Shown here one piece after another: positions 1-12,725 of a stretch of DNA of 64,000 bases. The stretch lies in assembly GCF_009914755.1 (NCBI RefSeq), contig NC_060941.1. The stretch is one strand, 5' to 3'. Each line of letters starts with the position of its first letter. Within the stretch, counting starts at the first letter, position 1. The stretch is from the human T2T-CHM13v2.0 reference genome, Homo sapiens. The position numbers were made by a program, and so were the translations under genes. The notes under the pieces were generated by a model. That model was not told the DNA's origin, searched no databases, and worked only from the letters and a program-made list of their open reading frames with translations.

Positions 1-1269
1 CTGCTTAGTAGGAAGAGGCCATCTGGAAACACTAGGCCAGATGTTGGAATCTGCATGGTTAAAACACAACTAAATGAATGATAATATACTAGACATTTAA
101 TACCACCCAGTTCCATTTTCTTTCTTATTTGTAGTAATAAGCATGGAGTACTGTGCACCCAAAGAGATGAAGGTAGATTTCATTTATACACTCTGGTGTG
201 GAATGGCTCTGTCCAGACCCAGGGCCCCTGGGTGCCCACCTTGGGTTCTTCTCAGAATAGCCCTTTTATCTTAGACCACAATGTGTGCACCTCCCTAGAG
301 GTGAGAATTTCCCATCACATGTGTTAGATGTTGCAGAACACGTCCCGGGAGGCTGGCAGTGGTTTCTTCTCCCATTCACAGCTAAGGGGTTTCCAGAAGG
401 GGGATGCAAGCAGCTGATGTTCTCCAAAATTCTAGCAACTGTAAACTGAGCATACTCAGGGGGACGGGTTGCCAGTCATATTTCCTTTTGCCCGGTACTT
501 TGCCACCAGCAGATTCTAAAATGCTGCATTTCCAGCCACATCCCAGAACACTTTTAGCTCAGTTTCACAATTCCTTTAAAAAAAAAAAAATCACTAAGTT
601 CTTATGCCCCTGCCCCCTCTTCCCTTTGGGCTCGAGGTTCTTTCCCCCAGCTGCTGCTGCACTGAGATAAGGCTGTGGTATTTTCCCTGCTATTCCACAA
701 TCATACATTATCATAAGAAAGTGCCAGGCATCCATCAGCCCACAGCCCCTGATTTATGCTCAAAGTTGGGATTATCTATTCTGTGCCAAATCCCTTCAAA
801 CGGCCAACCTGATCAAAGAGAATCACATCCACCAGATAAAATTCGAATATAGCTCCATGCAATAGAATGACAGGCAGGAATTTTTTTTTAATCTCCAAAC
901 TGCTTCAACCTCCTCATTTTGTCAGGAATTGTTCTTTATCCACAGTGCAGAACACGCTGAGCAACCTTATTGTCCTTCCTGCATCCTTCCCGCTGGGTTC
1001 TGAGTGGGGAGCCATTTATGGAGTTTGCTCTTGGGGTAGGAGTCATTGTCCACCAATAATTCCCTGCCTGCAGCTTGCAGCAACCAAGTCTAGCTCAGCC
1101 CAGAGCCAGGTAGAGGAGAAACATTACAGTACATGGATCAGTCTGACTTAACAACCAGTTGCTAACTATGACAGTGTGTAACCGGGAGAAAGCCAAGATT
1201 AGAAAGCAGTGTCTTTAATGCTGGGGACCATCTCAGTGACTAAATTAAATTGAATATCCTCTAAATCCA

Positions 1270-1400
1270 ATCATTCAGTTCATTCACTCAGCAAATATTT
1301 ATTGAATGCCTTATATGCAAGGCTTTGTTGAACCCAAGAAGTATAGCATCAAGGAACTTGATATCTAGAAAGAAAAGACGTACCCGGGTTATAAAATAAA
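1270..1400 (-). mobile_element. L2 LINE 3' fragment
   Basis: CATTCAGTTCATTCACTCAGCAAATATTTATTGAATGCC matches the reverse complement of the L2 3' tail. Confidence 0.65.
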
Positions 1401-2914
1401 TAAAGCATAGCAGAGATCTCTAGTTCGAAAGAGGAATCTGAGCCCCATGAACTCAACTACACCTTCCTCCCACCTTCCACCCCAAATTCCTAGTGAATTG
1501 ACCAAAGAATCTAGCGTAGAATTTAGAGGGAAATCCACATCACTACTGGAAACTAAGAAAGGATTGTATCCACTGCCAGAAACCTTGAGGGATTTCTAGA
1601 AAATATAAAGCAGGTAAGTCTAGATGAAGGTAAGAGCTTATTAACACGCAGGTCACCACATTTGGAGGGCAAATGTACTAAAAGATGAAAGAAAAGAGGA
1701 AACCTCACAAGGCAAAATAAACCACAGAGAAATTGGCTGGAAGTAAGAAGGGAGAGTAGACAACCCAACACACTCCGAGTCCATCCATCTCCCAATACCA
1801 AATAGGACCTATGAAGCCTGGAGAAAAATCACCAAACAGGAAGCATGCAGTTCTATTTCAAAAGCTAGAAGGCAATCCAAAGGCACAAGAGTCTAGTGTT
1901 CTTTTTGCAACAGATTTCCTGGGAGAAATACAATAAAAATTCACAATTTTGAAAACTTATACCTCCAATAATAGAATTTTATAGGAAGTTATATCTCTGA
2001 AAAAGTAGCAAGCATACAAATTCTCTCATTCTCCATACTGGAGACAATAGAATATTACTTTATTCTTGACACTGATACAGAAATATAAGTTCAGTGTTTT
2101 GGGTTCTTTGTATTTAAAGGTTACCAAGGTAAGACTAAAAACGTTCTCTAAAATTGTGTTGCCTTCGGGCTGCTAAATTCTAAGACACTGCCTTCCAAAT
2201 CACCAGCTTGATTCAGAATGGCAGTCCAAGTCTGCATATTTGACCACTAATCTCACAGTTCCCGCTGATGTTGATCAATCCGATGATGTAAGGAAAACTG
2301 TGTACCACCACTAGAATGTAAGGAATAATTCTCCCATTAGCGGGAATTTCATGGTGTTTCAGTGGGAAAAAGTAAAGGTGACAGATCACTGAGGGGAAAA
2401 GCCAAACCAACCGCTCTTCAAGAAAAATGAAGAACTAGCCCATAGAGGGAAATAATGAGACTCCATTTCCCACTGGTAGCATCCAATGACTTCAAATCTA
2501 GGGCTGATGTTGGCTGCTTGAAGCTCTAGGCTAGGTACACAAAGCAAAAGGGTGCTGAGGCACTACAGCCCACACTACTACCTGAACCCAGTGGGATTGA
2601 CGCTGGGCTAGCCACTGGGCAGTGGGGTCTCCACGGAGGTGGTGCTCTGACAATGAGGAACTCTGTCCTCACCGGCTTTGGGTTGCCCATGGGACAGATT
2701 GCCCCTGAATAAAAAATTATGGAGAGAGTCACCTGCAAGTGCCACCTATAGTGAGCAGGGACCTCCTCCTCTACGAAGGAACAGCCAGAGAAATAGCAGC
2801 AGATATGAGAAGAGAAGACAATTGTAAGGTTTACTTCAACTTTTAGAGCAAATGTCCCCTACTGTCACCCCCTCCCCTGATAAAACAGTTGCTGTAAGAA
2901 ACAAGAGAAGAAAT

Positions 2915-4850
2915 ATTTTTAATAAACTTTTCATTTGGAATAAGTTTAGATTTACAGAATGGTTGCAAAGATAACACAGAAAGTTCCTTTATATACCTCA
3001 CCCAATTTCCCCTATGGTAACATTTTATATAATTATAGTACATTTGTCAGAACTTAAGAATCAACACTGGTATGTTACTAACTGAACTACATTCATTATT
3101 TGGCTTTGACCAGTTTGTCCACTAAATTCCCTTTTTTGTTCCAAGATTCAATGCAGGGGACCACATTGACTTTAGTCCTCACATCCCCTGAGTCTCCCTT
3201 AGTCAGTCAGTTTCTCAGTCTTTTTCCTTGTCTTCCAAGACCTTGGAGTTTTTGAGGAGTACTTGGTGTTTTGAATGACCTTCAATTTGGGCTTTTCTCA
3301 TGTTTTCCTTGTGATTAGATTAGGGCTATTGGCTTTTGATGGAGAATACTGCAGAGGTGGAATGAGGGACATTTTCATCCCATTGCATCAGGCAGTGCAT
3401 GATATCAACATGATTTCCCACTGGTGATATTAACCTTGATCTCCTGGTTAAAGTATTGGTTATCAGGTTTCTCCGCCATGAAGTTAGTTGTTTTTTCTTT
3501 CCATACTCTGTTCTTTCGAAGAGAGTCTCTTAAGTCCAGCGTACACTTAAGGGAGGGGGAACGGCAGTAAGCTCCACTTCCCAGAGGGGCTTTGTCTAAA
3601 TATACTATTCGGAATTTTTCTGTAAGAAAATTTCTTTTCTGTTTTCTCTGTCCGAACCCAAGAAAAATTTACTTCCCCAAGGATCCCATGTTCCTTTTAT
3701 TAAAGAACGGTATTTAGAAACCGAGATCTATACATTGAGTGTGATGTTGCTACTGGAGTATCGTTTCTAGAACCTCTCGGTAGACAGAGCTAGGATGTAT
3801 GTATATGTCTACTAACCACTGTATACACACGTCAATAGTTATTTCTGTAGCTGTTCTCTGTGTGTGTAAGCTAAACATGAGTTCATATTGGTATCCTCCC
3901 CCGAGTCCAGTGTCATATGGCTCATTCTAGACTTTGCTCCTTGCTGATTTGTAATGTCTCTCTCCAGCAGTGAGAAACTTGGTTCTCACTATCCACCATC
4001 CATTTACTTCCTTGTTCAACCCCCAGTATATAAGTAAAGCAATCTCATAATTGTTAACCTGTATCTCCACAAAGAACAATGTTACCACCAAGAGTACAGA
4101 GTTTATATACAGTTCCTTTTGTCTTCAGCCCTACAGTACCCAGTCAAAATATTGTTTTCCAAAGTTACCTAGATCAGTTTCTTGTTTTCCTCCAGCCCCT
4201 CAGTGATTCCAACTAACATATGTAATACAGTTAAATTCACTCATCAGTCTACATTCCATCTTGGATCTCTTGTCACATAGGTTTATTTTCTGAATATGCA
4301 TACACTGAAGTCACTTTTATGATGTTTAGTTCTTTGGGTTTAGACAAACGCATAAAATCATGCATTCACCACCGTAGTTCATAGAAAAATGGTTTCATCA
4401 CCCTAAAATTTTTTGTGCACCCTGTTTGTAGTCAAAGTTACTGCTACCATTGATCTGTTTTCCAATTTGATGGTTTTGTCTTTTCCAGAATGTATAGAAG
4501 TGGAATCAAATACTGTGTGGGCTTTTGGGTCTGGCTTCTTTCTCTTAGCTAAATGCATTTAAGATTCATCCATGTTGTTGTGTGCATCGATCACTCAGTC
4601 TTTTTCATTGCTGGATAGTATCCCTTTGTACGGATGTATCACAATTTAGCCACTGGCCTTTTCCAGTTTTTGGTGATTATAGGATAAAGCTGCTATAAGT
4701 ATTTTTATGCAGGTTTTTGCATGGATGGAAGCTCTTAAATACACTAAGGAAAATACCTAAGAGTGGGATTGCTGGGCTGTATAGTAACTATATATAGTTT
4801 ATAAGGAATTGTCAAACTGTTTTCCAAAATGAAGATACAATTTTTCACCA
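2915..4850 (-). mobile_element. Old L1 (L1MC/L1MD-type) 3' UTR and ORF2 end, antisense
   Basis: TTTGGAATAAGTTTAGATTTACAGAATGGTTGCAAAGAT..., GGTCTGGCTTCTTTCTCTTAGC...AAGATTCATCCATGTTGTTG and GAGTGGGATTGCTGGG are typical antisense L1M motifs. Confidence 0.85.
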
Positions 4851-5905
4851 GTTTATCCACTAAATTTCCTTTTTTGTTCCAAGATCCAATGCAGAGGACC
4901 ACATCGAATTTAGTCTTTTCTTTTTTATTTCTAATCTCAGCAAAATTCAATGTTGACAAAACAGAATCAGACCATGATGAATAAAGAAAATAAATTGGAG
5001 AATGGAAAAGAGCAAAACAACTCAAATTAGTGCATTTGGTTATCAGTTCATAAAACCCCTCCAGAGAATAGATGAAGATTACAGATAAATGTTATGAGAG
5101 AGAAATGATCAACTTCATGGATAGATCCAATTAATCTAATACATATTCTTACATAAAACAGTGTCTCCCAAAGGAAGAAGCAGACACAAGCAATACAAAC
5201 AATCATAAAGTCCCTTAATTGAAGTAGAGAAGAGAAGACCAGAATTCATCAACTGACTTAAGAACTGTTTCCGAAAATAACTAAGCAGTGGAAGCGTACA
5301 TTCTATTCTAATCAGGAAATAAAAAAGAACATACGAATGCACAAATTAATAAAAATAAAATAAAAATGAAGGAAACACAAATACACAAAATTAGAAAAGA
5401 CATGCAGAGAAAATTTAATAAAATAGTATATAGTTTGTACAAATCTATTTTGATATATTTTAAAATGTAGATAAAATAGGCAAAATTTTTAAAAATACAT
5501 GTTTTTAAAATTTACTCATAATTAAATTAAAACTCTAAATGTAGCTGTAATCATAAAAGGAATCTTAAAAATGTATTAAAGTGCTTCCTTTCAGAACAGC
5601 ACCAGCCCAAAGGAATTTATGGGTACTTTCTATTTCAAAACTTCAAGCTCCAGATAACTCATATGCCATTTAAATTGTACCCAGAACATATTATAAGAAA
5701 GAAGATTCTTGGTTCTCTTCCAGATCTAATATGACTAATTCAGTAATTTGTCAAAACAGAGAAAGAGAAGTTGATCCTCCATCTTATTTGTGAATACAGA
5801 TGTAAACATTCTAAGTTAAACACTAACAAATTGACTCCAGAAGTGGATTAATAGAAATACACATCATCACCACAATCAGGCAAAACCAACTCCAGGATTC
5901 TAAGG

Positions 5906-6272
5906 TGCTATGGTCTGAGTGTGTCCCCAAAAATTCATATGTTGAAACTTAATCACCAATGTGATAGCTTTAAGAGGTGAAGCGCATAGGAGGTGATTAG
6001 ATTATGAGGGTGGAGCTTTCACGAATGGGATTAATGCCCTTATAAAAGGGCCAAGGGGAAACTAGCTAGGCTCTTTCTACCCTTCTGCCAGAGAGGACCC
6101 AGCAACAAGGCACCATCTTGCAAGCAGAGAGAACTGCCTCACCAGACACCAAATACAGGTGCCTTGATCTTGGACTTCCCAGCCTCCAGAACTGTAATAA
6201 AATAATTTTCTGTTCTTTATAAGTTACCCAATCTCAGATATTTTGTTATAGAAAACCAAACAAACTAAGACG
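5906..6272 (+). mobile_element. MaLR solo LTR (MSTC/MSTD/MLT1A-like)
   Basis: Starts TGCTATGGTCTGAGTGTGTCCCC, contains CTTGGACTTCCCAGCCTCCAGAACTGT, ends CAAACTAAGAC; degenerate 5-bp TSD TAAGG/TATGG. Confidence 0.9.
5994..6004 (-). promoter_or_regulatory. DUX4-type binding motif TAATCTAATCA
   Basis: TGATTAGATTA on the + strand inside the MaLR LTR; motif match only. Confidence 0.45.
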
Positions 6273-6829
6273 TATGGATATTAGAGCTTGTGGTAATATG
6301 ACTCATCCTATTATTAGATAAAGAAGAGTATATTCCATCTCTACAAAGGCTGAAGTGCATTGGATAGAATGAAAAATCTATTTAAAATAGAACAAAAAAA
6401 CTCTTAATAAACGTGATATGATTGAGAATATATGAAATGATATGCCAAGATTGTACTTGCAGGTGAAACATTGAATGTATTTCCACTAAATCAAAACATG
6501 ACATGCCTTCTATCTCCTGTATTTTATTATTTTAGAAGTGATATAAAATATAATAAAAAAATGAAATTTTGAGTCAAAAAATTATATTGTATGTTAATGT
6601 TCATTAATTAATACACATAATTAATCTTTATACTTAAGAGAAGGGCTCAGTGTCACAAATACTTGGGGCATTAACTTGTGTATTATTTCCTCAAAGGTTC
6701 AGTAATTTTAGAGAGATTGGCAAATGTACCAGATTTAAAATTGAGAGGAAGACTATTGAAAGTGTAGAAATGTCCGTGCTCTTGTATTTATTCAGTGACT
6801 CTGTCACTTGTGAATCCATCAAATAGAAA

Positions 6830-8230
6830 CTTTTTTCTCACTTCTTTAAGGCTGTCATTCAACTGTCACCTTACTGGACAGGCCTCCCCTAATTATCACA
6901 TCCAAAATACCACCCCAGATCTCCAGCACTTTCTACCTCCTTGTCCTGTGTTATTACTTTTCTGCATAAGGACTATGATTACTTGACACCAAATACACTT
7001 CTTTTTATTTATTGATTGCATTGCCTAACAAATCCTGTGTGACCATCACCATCAAACACTAGAAAGTAAATGCTATCAGGATAGTGAGTAAGCCAGCTCT
7101 GCAGACATCTCAGAGAAGACTGTTATGGACCAAGGAAACAGCAATGATGTCCCTGAGGTGGGACAGCACCCACAATGATCAAGAAAAAGGCTGGGGGACA
7201 ACGTGCCTAGCGTGAGCCAGATAGAGATTTGTGGAACATGAGGTCACAGAAGAGCCAGCAGCAAGTTTATGTAGGACCTTGTAAGCAATGCTGAGGGATT
7301 TAGAACTTAATCTAGATGAGATGGGAAGTGTGTTCATTTGCTTGTGTTTTCATTTGAGGAAAAGTAGGCAGAAATCAAGAGTGAAGTTTAATCAGATAAT
7401 TCATGACATGTCTGTGTTTCATCTAAATGGAGACGTTCAAAAGACAATTGGATACAGCAGTCTCAAGTGGAGGAAAGAGGATGGGATTGAGAGATAAATT
7501 TTGGAGTTATCAGCTTTTAGATATAAAACCACAAGAATAGATTAAGTCAAGAGGAATGAATGTGACCAGAGAAGAGGTCCCAGGACTGAGCCATGAGTCA
7601 CTTCTCCCTTTTGATAGGGATGAGAAAGTGGCATCATCAAGGGAAGCAGAAAAGGAGGGAACCCAGGAGCACGTGGTGCCTGGAAGTATCTCAGGGGAAG
7701 AGAGAGTGATTAACTGCCCTGAAGCCTGTGAACACATTTAGTGAGATGAAAACAAGCAAATGACCTGGGATTTGGCCACGCAGAGGTTATTGGCAGCCTA
7801 ACGAGAAATTTCGGTGAAGTGGTCTGATTGGAGTTGATTCCGGAGAGAATGCAAGGAGGCTGTAGTTAGAGCCACTACACAAAACTCTCCCAGAGAAACT
7901 TGGCTATAGGAGTTTGTAGAGAAGCAGGACGGTAGCTGAGAAGTCTGCATGGTCTATGGAGGTTCTTGTAAGATGGAAGATATGGTGTTCTTATATGCTG
8001 AAGGGAATGAGCCAGCAGATGGGAAAATGATCATCTAAGAGAGGGAAGGGAAGCAGTTGTAGAAGCAATCCTCCTAAGTAGGCAAGAAGACCTGAGATTC
8101 AGGGCACAAATGGAGGTGGACACCTGGGATCAGGAAACAGACAGTTCACCTCTCACATCAGAAAAAAAAGTGGGATGTATGGGTAGAGGTGCAGGTTGGC
8201 TGGCAGATTAGGAGGTAGAATATGTGGGCA
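6830..8230. mobile_element. L2 fragments (short + piece ~6830-7020, longer - piece ~7090-8230)
   Basis: GGAGATAAATTTTGGAGTTATCAGC, GTAGGACCTTGTAAGC, GAGATGGGAAG and related antisense L2 motifs. Confidence 0.7.
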
Positions 8231-10400
8231 TCTTGCTTCTCTTCTTTGAGGAAAAAAAAAGGAGAGAGGAAAAGTGAAATCGCTCTTAGGGAGCTTGAAT
8301 TGACTAAAGAAACATAGGATCATTCACCCATTTGATATTTACAATTCTTTGTTTAAAACGAACTGAGTTGGCATTGTTCTGAGCTCTTCTCTAGCCATGC
8401 TGCTTTGCATTCAGACAGGCATGACGTTTGTTCTTAAATGTAAGTTTAGTAGGTGGTGATGTCTCCATTTCACAAATGTCATTACTGAGCGGAGAGAGGT
8501 GAATGAGCCTGTCCAAGTCCCATTCATACTAGTAAAACTTGGTTTTCGACTCCTATTCAGATTGTACTTTGTATAACCAAATACCATAGGAGTGTTGTCC
8601 ATATATACTTTTGATTTTTGTGTCATTTATTGTTTTAATACTACCCAATTTTCTTACCCAGGGAATAGAGAGTAGACTCAGACCACTCAGAGTAATGATA
8701 CTCTGTGTATCACTACTGCCATGTTCAACTTTCCTTTGGATTACTTTATGCAGGGCAACCGTAAGATATGACACAGGCAGAAGGAGCCAAACCACCATTT
8801 ATAACATTACTCTAAATTACATGTTCTAAATCACTGGCTTTGAAATAAATTGTTGGTGTTAAATTCATGGATAGGAGATCTCTATATATGGAAATCCAGT
8901 TAATCCCAAGTGCCCACTACATCATGATTCTGGCTCCTTTCCAGTACATTATCTTCTTCCATCCCAGTGAATGTGTCTCTTTCTACATCAAATAGTCCAG
9001 ACCAATCTGGGACGCAGATATCTGAGGCTCTATAAGATTCCTCTTTATGGTTTCCTTGGGGTCAGAAAAAAAGAACTCATTTACTGATGGGTACTAAGCA
9101 ATGAATATTAATCAAAAAATCATGAGATATATTTACATTAAACTTCATTATTTTCATTTAAAAAATTTCTTATATACAGCATTTTTTACAGCTTAAATGA
9201 AAACAAAAGTTGCACATCTATACATATACTTTTCACATCCCAAAGAGTGTCAGAGGAGGAGTTATGTAGTTTATGGGTCAGGATGAGAATGATGATAATG
9301 ATCCTAAGTACTGGAATTGATTTTTAGTTATAAAAAAAATGCCTGGGCTGCAGGGTATATACTCAGGATAGATCACAGGCTTCACAGTAAAAATATACAG
9401 GATGAGACAAAGGCTTTAAGGTAAAAAGAGGATAAGGATCATTTCTAGGCAACGATGCACATAATCTCACCTCCTTTGCACGGCATCACCTTAGTGCTCA
9501 CGTGGCCATTTAACCAGTTACACTGAATATGGGCAATAATCTGGTTTCCAGAAAGTATCCATCCACTAAAACGTGCACCCTTAATAATGTCCTTATCATA
9601 ACCTTTCAATTTAAGTATGTCAGATTTCTTTTCATCCCAACCTAGTACTAATAGAAAAAAAGTAAGAGGCCAGAGATTTTAAAGATGAAGACTAGAGCCA
9701 GGATGATTGGGAGTGAGTTTAAGTGAAAGGCGGTGGTCGATTAGAGTTTGACGCTCTGCTCTGGGTGGTCTTCACGGCAGTGCCTATAAGTGGCTTTCAG
9801 AATATTTCTTTTAGCAGCAAAAGCTCTTTAAATTTTGATTTTACACAGATCCTCAAAATAGAACATAGAAAAAAAGCAGTATTCATCATTTTTTTTAGTT
9901 CAAATCTATATCACTAACAAAAGAAGGAAGCTATTTTTATAAATAGAAATATTTGAAATCAGAGCTTAAGATCGAGTTGTGGCAACCAATTTGTCTCCAT
10001 ATTTTGGTTGATTGTGCAGAAAAATCCAAAATGACATGGAAAAGTCATTGTATATAACAGGTCTGTCTGCTTGTTTTTGACATGTTGAGTCAACAAGCTC
10101 ATGACAGTCTTCAATAAAATAGGTCCAGGGGGCTGAATGAGGAGCAGCAGAACTTGATTTATTAACAATATTTAAAATTTGCTCACATTTCTTATTTCTT
10201 TTTTAAAAAAAAGAAAGTTAAATAACAAGCACCTAAAACTTACAAGAAAATCAGTGACATAATAATATCATTATAGGACCTGTTATCACACAACCGATGG
10301 GCACACAATGCTTAACACATGTGGCATGAGGTACACAGGATGCAAGAATGTACCACCTATCACAGTCATACTCAAGTGGGCTTGTGTGGGTTTGATCTTC

Positions 10401-10731
10401 TTTTTTTTTTTTGAGACGGAGTCTCACTCTGTCGCCCAGGCTGGAGTGCAGTGGCACTATCTCGGCTCACCGCAAGCTCCGCCTCCCGGCTTCATGCCAT
10501 TCTCCTGTCTCAGCCTCCTGAGTAGCTGGGACTACAGGTGCCCGCCACCACGCAGGGCCAATTTTTTTTTCTTTTTTTTTCTTTTTTTTTTTTTTTTTTT
10601 TTTTGGTATTTTTAGTAGAGACAGGGTTTCACCGTGTTAGCCAGGATGGTCTCGATCTCCTGATCTCGTGATCCACCCGCCTCGGCCTCCCAAAGTGCTG
10701 TGATTACAGGCGTGAGCCACTGCGCCTGGCC
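10401..10731 (-). mobile_element. AluY with expanded central A-rich linker
   Basis: Full dimer with Y diagnostics (GCAAGCTCCGCC, CCGTGTTAGCCAGGATGG); TSD TGATCTTCTTTTT on both sides. Confidence 0.95.
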
Positions 10732-10942
10732 TGATCTTCTTTTTAAACTCAGTTCCAAGACGCTACATACTTTACCAAAGACATGTCTAAGGCGTTTTCA
10801 CATATAAGCAGATAGATGGTAGGCACTGTCTCATGCAGAGGAATGAGGAGACACGGGAGCAAAAATTAATATGCTCGTTTACATTTTGTTGAATTTGGCA
10901 TCAAACAGTTTTCACCTGGTGTGTAGGTTTTGTTATAAATTA

Positions 10943-11473
10943 CAAGTGACCCTTGAACGACAAGGGTTTAAACTGCGTGGGTCCACTTACAGGTGGATTT
11001 TCTTTCGCCTCTGCCACCCCTGAGACAGCAAGACCAACCCCTCCTCTTCCTCCTCCTCAGCCTACCCAACATTGGGTAGGTAAACTGAGCTTGCATGAAA
11101 CGCTGTCCACTGCAGTGTGTTTGAAATCAGAGAAAGGAAGGAAATGAGAAGAAAGGAAGGAGAAAAAACCAGTTCCACCAGGACCTTCTAAGACACGAAC
11201 TTCATGATGAGCCACTTCCACTTAATGAATAGTAAATACATTTTCTCTTGCTTACGATTTTCTTAATTACATTTCTTTTTTTCTAGCTTACTTTAAAATA
11301 CAGTATATAATACATATACATAGTATGTGTTGTTTACTTTATCAGTAAGGCTTTGGGTCAACAGTAGGCTATTAGTAGTTCAGTTTTGGGGGAGTCAAGA
11401 AGAATATGCAGATTTTTGACTGTGAGAGGAGCTGGTGCCCCTAACCAACCCTGCCTTGTTCAAAGGTCAACTG
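10943..11473 (+). mobile_element. Tigger2a (MER28) non-autonomous DNA transposon carrying an internal foreign insert
   Basis: TIRs CAAGTGACCCTTGAAC / GTTCAAAGGTCAACTG with TA on both flanks; internal GCCTCTGCCACCCCTGAGACAGCAAGACC. Confidence 0.88.
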
Positions 11474-11511
11474 TAGTTTGAAAAAGTCAAGTCGTTAAAA
11501 AAGTGAAACAC

Positions 11512-11817
11512 AGCCAGGCGCAGTGGCTCACGCCTGTAATCCCAGCACTTTGGGAGGCTGAGGAGGGCGGATTGTCTGAGGTGAGGAGGTTGTGACCAGC
11601 CTGGCCAATGTGGTGAAACCCCATCTCTACTAAAAATACAAACAAAAATTAGCTGGGTTTGGTGGCATGCGCCTGTAATCCCAGCTACTCGGGAGGCTGA
11701 GTCAGGGGAATTGCTTGAACCAGGGAGTGGAGGTTGCAGTGAGCCGAGATTACGCCACTGCACTCCAGCCTGAGTGACAAAGCGAGACTCTGTCTCAGAC
11801 AAACAAACAAACAAAAA
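11512..11817 (+). mobile_element. AluS
   Basis: Full dimer with (CAAA)n tail; degenerate TSD AAGTGAAACAC/AAGTCAGACAC. Confidence 0.95.
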
Positions 11818-12149
11818 CGTAAGTCAGACACTTGGAAAACAGTCTCCATCAAATAGCTAAAACAGCCTCTGGCAGGAAGATTTGGTGACAGAATTTCTAC
11901 CTCAAGGCCAGAATCAGCTCATGTGCCCTCAGCTGGGGGTGGAGGTGGGTCTGGCCTCTGAAGGATACATCTTTCTTTACCTCTCATTATTCTGCGCACC
12001 ACTTGAGCTGTGCAGCTGCGAACAAGAGCAAATCCAAGGTAAGCCAGGAACCATGTGAGAAGAGAAATACTCTGGACCTACAACTTCTAGGTTTTCCTAC
12101 TCACAGGAAAAAAAAAAAAAGTCTTAGGCAAGACTCACAGAGAAAAGTT

Positions 12150-12210
12150 GAAGAAGAGGAAGAAGAAGAAGAGGAGGAAGAGGAAGAAGAAGAAGAAGAA
12201 GAGGAAGAAG
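12150..12210 (+). repeat. (GAA/GAG)n polypurine trinucleotide repeat
   Basis: About 20 consecutive GAR triplets. Confidence 0.95.
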
Positions 12211-12326
12211 CTTTGATGCAGCCAGAACAAGAATCTAAGTTCGACTCCTAATCAAATGCCAACACAATCATATTGGACAGGAAATTGCTTCGGTAACTCA
12301 TCATCATGTTTACATGAACACTCTAC

Positions 12327-12725
12327 TTGTTTAAGTTTGGGTTTCCTCAAAAGCAAAGCCTGAGACAAGGGAATTCATGTGGGAGGTGATCCCAGGAAGC
12401 AAGAATGAGAGAGCAGGAAGAGTGACAACACAGGGAAGGAGAAAAAAACAGTTCCACCAGGACCTTCTGACACAAGCAAAATGCTTCTCGAATGGCCCAC
12501 CAGCATGACGGCAACTGGAGTGTTATCCATGCCTCCTGCCCCTCATGATGGTGGGATGCCTCCAGTGATGCTGGCTTAGCTGCACCTGCCAGGTCAGTCT
12601 AGGGCAGAAAGAGAAAAGCCTTCCTCAGTGCTCTTAAGGTAGGTAAACCGAGCTTGCATGAAACGCCGTCCACAGCAGCTTGGTTGAAATTAGAGATGGG
12701 CCAAGGAGTTGTGCTGGGGACACCA
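12327..12725 (-). mobile_element. ERVL LTR (LTR16-like)
   Basis: TTTGGGTTTCCTCAAAAGCAAAGCCTGAGACAAGG...GGGAGGTGATCCCAGGAAGCA matches the reverse complement of the LTR16 3' end. Confidence 0.7.

Larger units (their letters stand above)
4930..6580 (+). mobile_element. Highly decayed L1M ORF2 fragment, interrupted by an MST LTR
   Basis: A-rich; AGCACCAGCCC...; GTGAATACAGATGTAAACATTCTAAG...ACACATCATCACCA resembles the L1 RT region. Confidence 0.65.

Noticed and set aside
1610-1636. Two strong splice-donor-like sites (CAGGTAAGT, AAGGTAAGA)
   Set aside because: No convincing upstream acceptor or reading frame.
12003-12251. ORF with poly-Lys/poly-Glu resembling an acidic protein tail
   Set aside because: Translation of an A-run and a (GAR)n microsatellite; no homology or processed-pseudogene hallmarks.
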